Source: Desulfatiglandales bacterium
GTDB lineage: Bacteria > Desulfobacterota > DSM-4660 > Desulfatiglandales > HGW-15
Direction of reading: 5' to 3'
Assembly (NCBI GenBank): GCA_963667015.2
Contig: CAXXJJ010000004.1
Span: forward strand, 672,001-736,000
DNA: 64,000 nucleotides
The notes under the pieces are model-generated. The model made no database searches. It was not told the origin of the DNA and saw only the letters and a list, made by a program, of their open reading frames with translations. The translations under genes and the position numbers were made by a program. How positions within the stretch are numbered: the stretch's first letter is position 1; each line of letters opens with the position of its first letter. Shown in pieces: positions 60,855 through 64,000 of the stretch.

Positions 60855-62180
60855 CTAACCTTCAATGGCCGCACAGACTACTTCGGATATATCAAGTACC
60901 TGCACTTTCTCACCCTGGGCATCAAGCACCCGGGTAAAATTGTTTTTACACCATGGACAGGCTGATACAAGCGTTTCAGCGCCTACATCCTTGACCTCTT
61001 CAATCCTCTGGTCCGCAGCCCATTCGGCGAATTCGGGAAATGCCTCCTGTGTGCCTCGACCCGCACCGCAGCAGAATGAGTTCTCCCTCATTCTGGGCAT
61101 CTCGACAAGCTCAACACCTGGTATGGCATTCAGGATATCCCTTGGCTGGCTGTACAGACCGCTTCTTCCCCTTCTCCTCTGCAGCCTTGGCTCAACGCAC
61201 CCCATCCAGCCTCTTTTACCTTCATAGGGTATCCAGGGGTCGCTCAGGCGGCTTACGCTGCATGAGTCATGATAGGCAACACGAGTATCCAGGTTGTTTT
61301 TAAGTTTAAGGCTTCCGTCCTTGATCTTTTCATCCACATATTCCATCAGGTGGATAACCTTGAATCCAAGATCATCGGTTGCGATATTAAGAAGTTTGGG
61401 ATAATCAACCTTCCACATCCGGTAGCCTTCGGCACAGCTTGTAACCAGGATTTTTGCGCCGGTTTTTCTTACCTCTTGGATGTTGCGCTCCGCAATGGTC
61501 TTTGCCTCGTCAATCATTCCAACGGAAAAGACCTTGTTGCCGCAGCACCATTCATCAGGCATGAGCATGTAATCGTCTCCGCATGCCCTGAATATTTTAG
61601 CGGTTGACTGTGCAATGGATTTGTTTACATATGAGGCATTACATCCGACATAGTAGAGCATGTCAGCCTTCTCAGCGGGTTTGATATCTTCTGTTATCCA
61701 TCCGGTCCGGTTCTCGTGGGGAGATCCATAACAGTTGTGAGAGTTATCTATCTTTTCCGCTGTTTTTTTATGTGCAGGCATAGGCCCGACGCCGTCCTTA
61801 ACAGCCTTTACCCTCAGGGACTCAAGTGTAAGTTCAATCTCAAGGTCAAGGTTCCGTTTACATCCAACATCACATGCTCCGCACAGTGTGCAGGCATAAA
61901 TAATTTCAAGGGCCTTTTCATTCCAGTCCAGGACACCCTCTGCCATTGCATGACCTATTCTCATCTTTCCATAGGCGCCATATGAGTCAAAGATATACCT
62001 TGTTGCACTGGGGCACCTGGTAGTATATTTTGCACCGGGCATATAGGTATGTTCCACCCATGTACATCCCTTGCACTTGATGCATTTGCTCATATCATAA
62101 ACAAAATTTTGCATATCACTAATATCAAGCTTGAATTCCTCTTTCGGCTTGTAATATCTGAATCTTAGTTCTTTTGACAT
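60855..62180 (-). CDS. Fe-S oxidoreductase (GlcF/HdrD-like, two CCG domains)
   Basis: CIKCKGC..RCP, CTLCGACDVGC, YVGC, CCG twice, YHDSC, SACPWC; start MSKEL at 62180. Confidence 0.88.
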   Translation of the reverse strand: MSKELRFRYYKPKEEFKLDISDMQNFVYDMSKCIKCKGCTWVEHTYMPGAKYTTRCPSATRYIFDSYGAYGKMRIGHAMAEGVLDWNEKALEIIYACTLCGACDVGCKRNLDLEIELTLESLRVKAVKDGVGPMPAHKKTAEKIDNSHNCYGSPHENRTGWITEDIKPAEKADMLYYVGCNASYVNKSIAQSTAKIFRACGDDYMLMPDEWCCGNKVFSVGMIDEAKTIAERNIQEVRKTGAKILVTSCAEGYRMWKVDYPKLLNIATDDLGFKVIHLMEYVDEKIKDGSLKLKNNLDTRVAYHDSCSVSRLSDPWIPYEGKRGWMGCVEPRLQRRRGRSGLYSQPRDILNAIPGVELVEMPRMRENSFCCGAGRGTQEAFPEFAEWAADQRIEEVKDVGAETLVSACPWCKNNFTRVLDAQGEKVQVLDISEVVCAAIEG

Positions 62181-62191
62181 CTCTTCCCTCC

Positions 62192-63649
62192 TTAGAAGCA
62201 CAGGTTTCCGGGATTCATTATGTTATTGGGATCAAAGGTCTTCTTCAGTCTCTTCAGTGCAGCAGCATAGGAAGCGGCCTTTTCGTAAACTATCGGGGCC
62301 AGATCTCCATAGGGTCTTGTAAACACTGCACCCCTGTTTAAAAGATCCTTGCATATATCCTTATACATGGCTGCAATAACTTCGGTTTCTGCCTCATTCT
62401 CCGGATCATAAAAAAAGCTGAATTCCGGCCTGCATGCCCTGTTGTGCTCTATGGGCTGGATATACATGCCTATGTCATCAATGGGATAACCATACTGTGC
62501 GGCAATATCCTCAACTACTGAAATAAAGTCGGAAACCATGTTGGGCCTGGTATGGAAAAAGATATTCTGGCATGCACCCTTTACCCGGTTCTTCCAGTAG
62601 GGCCTATCTTTGGGCCAGGGGTTTCTCAGAATATTCAGCATCTTTTTTCTCACCCCCGGAAATCCAGGAAGGTTTTCTTCGAGACGGATATCCGAGAATT
62701 CATTTTTTATTACCTCTGCAAGGAAGTTTTCCTCATAGGCTATCTTTTCTTCAGGACGCCTTATAAGTCCGCTTACAACCAGGACCAGTGTCCAGGGCGG
62801 AAGTTCTGCCCTGAGCCTTTCAAAGTCGTCATCCCACTCTTCAGCAAGTATTGCGGCAAGATCAACATCATTTAAAAGCAGGACCTCCTGCCCTATCCTT
62901 CTCGGCAGAATCCTGTAAAGAAAATCAATGCCATAATCCAGATCATCGAGGGCGGCAAAAAGCACCTTGTCTTTTTTAGGAATGGACTCTATCTTCAGGT
63001 TTGTCCATGTAACCACACCCATTGTCCCCTGGGCGCACTGGAAAAACCTGTAAAAATCAAGACCGGGTCCTGAAGGATTTCCGCCCTTTGCAGCCGAATC
63101 AGGGTAGCCGTTTACGCTTGCCGATCCCATCCTGAATATCTCGCCTGTGGGCCAGACAACCTCCATTGCCTGAAGAGGTTCACCATAGTCGTATACCTGG
63201 TTGGTAGGTTCTTCGCGTTCCATAAAATCGGTAAGAACCGAACGCTCTGCCGGCGGGGTAAGCGGCATTATAACCCTGTATCCTGCCTTTTCCAACTCGC
63301 AGGTCAGTTTTTCCCAGGTTACGCCTGCCTCAAACCTTACTCTCCTGTTGTCCGGATCTATCTCAAATATTCTGTCCATCCTGCTCATATCCAGGATCAC
63401 TCCGCCCTCTTTAGGGATTGTAGCACCATAAAAATGGATCTTTGAGCTGCATGGAACAACAGGGATACTGTGTTCATTACAAATCTTTACAACAGCAGAA
63501 ACCTCTTCGGAATTTGCCGGTTTTACGATGTAGTTAGGCATTCCTGCAGGGGTATAACTGTAATCGGTAGAATATGCCTTCAACTCCTCTGTGTCATCAG
63601 AGTAATTGTCTGCCCCGACAACTCCGGACAGCTTTTCTTTAAGATTCAT
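62192..63649 (-). CDS. FAD-binding oxidoreductase (VAO/PCMH, GlcD-like)
   Basis: P..VKP...EEV, D.SRM.RI, EAGVT, EVVWP.G, GPG.DF, QGTMG.VT, FDPNNIMNPG; AGGAGG RBS. Confidence 0.88.
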   Translation of the reverse strand: MNLKEKLSGVVGADNYSDDTEELKAYSTDYSYTPAGMPNYIVKPANSEEVSAVVKICNEHSIPVVPCSSKIHFYGATIPKEGGVILDMSRMDRIFEIDPDNRRVRFEAGVTWEKLTCELEKAGYRVIMPLTPPAERSVLTDFMEREEPTNQVYDYGEPLQAMEVVWPTGEIFRMGSASVNGYPDSAAKGGNPSGPGLDFYRFFQCAQGTMGVVTWTNLKIESIPKKDKVLFAALDDLDYGIDFLYRILPRRIGQEVLLLNDVDLAAILAEEWDDDFERLRAELPPWTLVLVVSGLIRRPEEKIAYEENFLAEVIKNEFSDIRLEENLPGFPGVRKKMLNILRNPWPKDRPYWKNRVKGACQNIFFHTRPNMVSDFISVVEDIAAQYGYPIDDIGMYIQPIEHNRACRPEFSFFYDPENEAETEVIAAMYKDICKDLLNRGAVFTRPYGDLAPIVYEKAASYAAALKRLKKTFDPNNIMNPGNLCF

Positions 63650-63678
63650 CAATTATCCTCCTATTATTAAATCAGATA

Positions 63679-63779
63679 CAGATTTTACATTCCTGTATAA
63701 TAAGGATGTAAAATCTGCCTTTTATCGGTTTACAACTTAATAAAATGCCCTGTTAAATTTTCTTTTTTTTAACAGGGCA
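63679..63779. terminator. two consecutive 12-bp hairpins
   Basis: CAGATTTTACAT...ATGTAAAATCTG (63679-63717) and TGCCCTGTTAAA...TTTAACAGGGCA (63746-63779). Confidence 0.6.
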
Positions 63780-63786
63780 ATATAAT

Positions 63787-64000
63787 TTACGCCTTTTTCA
63801 TTCCCGTCAGCACTTTTTCCGGTGTGATGGGCATATCCATGCACTGATAACCGGTTGCATTATGAACTGCATCAGCAATAGCCGGTGCAGTTGGCCCTAC
63901 AAGACCTTCACCTGCCTCCTTGGCACCATAGGGTCCGTTCTCTTCATATGTCTCAATGCAGATGGAGTCACTTTCAGGCATATCCAGGGAACTGGGCATC
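63787..64000 (-). CDS. 3' end (partial) of a xanthine dehydrogenase family Mo subunit (HcrA-like tail)
   Basis: P...DMP, GPYGAKEAGEG, PAIADAVHNATG, MPITPEKV. Confidence 0.85.
   Translation of the reverse strand, partial: MPSSLDMPESDSICIETYEENGPYGAKEAGEGLVGPTAPAIADAVHNATGYQCMDMPITPEKVLTGMKKA

Noticed and set aside
404..63670. Numerous antisense or overlapping ORFs in the six-frame track (for example 805-1257, 17975-18547, 23558-24031, 57034-57513)
   Set aside because: Shadows of well-supported genes on the opposite strand or in another frame
1..64000. rRNA, tRNA, integrase/prophage, autonomous transposase, selenoprotein read-through
   Set aside because: No supporting motifs noticed by eye; a tRNAscan/Rfam run would be needed to exclude small RNAs formally

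Overview
Bacterial chromosomal window. Gene content (Mop-type aldehyde oxidoreductase, CooC, class III RNR, a sigma54 promoter, many PAS sensors) suggests an anaerobic deltaproteobacterium (Desulfobacterota-like); this is an inference. In order: (1) 3' end of a molybdopterin/FDH-like gene; (2) a minus-strand operon of Mop, a TusE/DsrC-like protein, cysteine desulfurase and aldehyde dehydrogenase; (3) a FecCD-type ABC importer plus a TiaS-like IDDTD protein; (4) a type I-C CRISPR-Cas locus at about 10576-23420, with 42 identical 32-bp repeats and 41 spacers, cas2-cas1-cas4, cas7-cas8c(+internal cas11)-cas5, a frameshifted cas3, two Avd/IVP-like four-helix-bundle genes with internal palindromes (one also flanked by 7-mer tandem repeats), and a 150-bp MITE with a 6-bp TSD inserted in a hairpin loop; (5) housekeeping genes typA, nrdDG with tandem NrdR boxes, mltG, an endonuclease III-like gene, a divergent EF-G paralog, serC and asnS; (6) a candidate sigma54-dependent structured sRNA at about 41892-42051; (7) an accessory catabolic-looking region with an atypical Mo-hydroxylase subunit, two cupins, MarR, two secreted paralogs, a doubly deleted M48 pseudogene, EfpL and an FAD/Fe-S oxidoreductase cluster. 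Intergenic DNA carries GTAG-type REP palindromes and degenerate 7-9-mer tandem repeats right after stop codons. No rRNA or tRNA was recognised. All calls come from reading motifs by eye; no database search was run.
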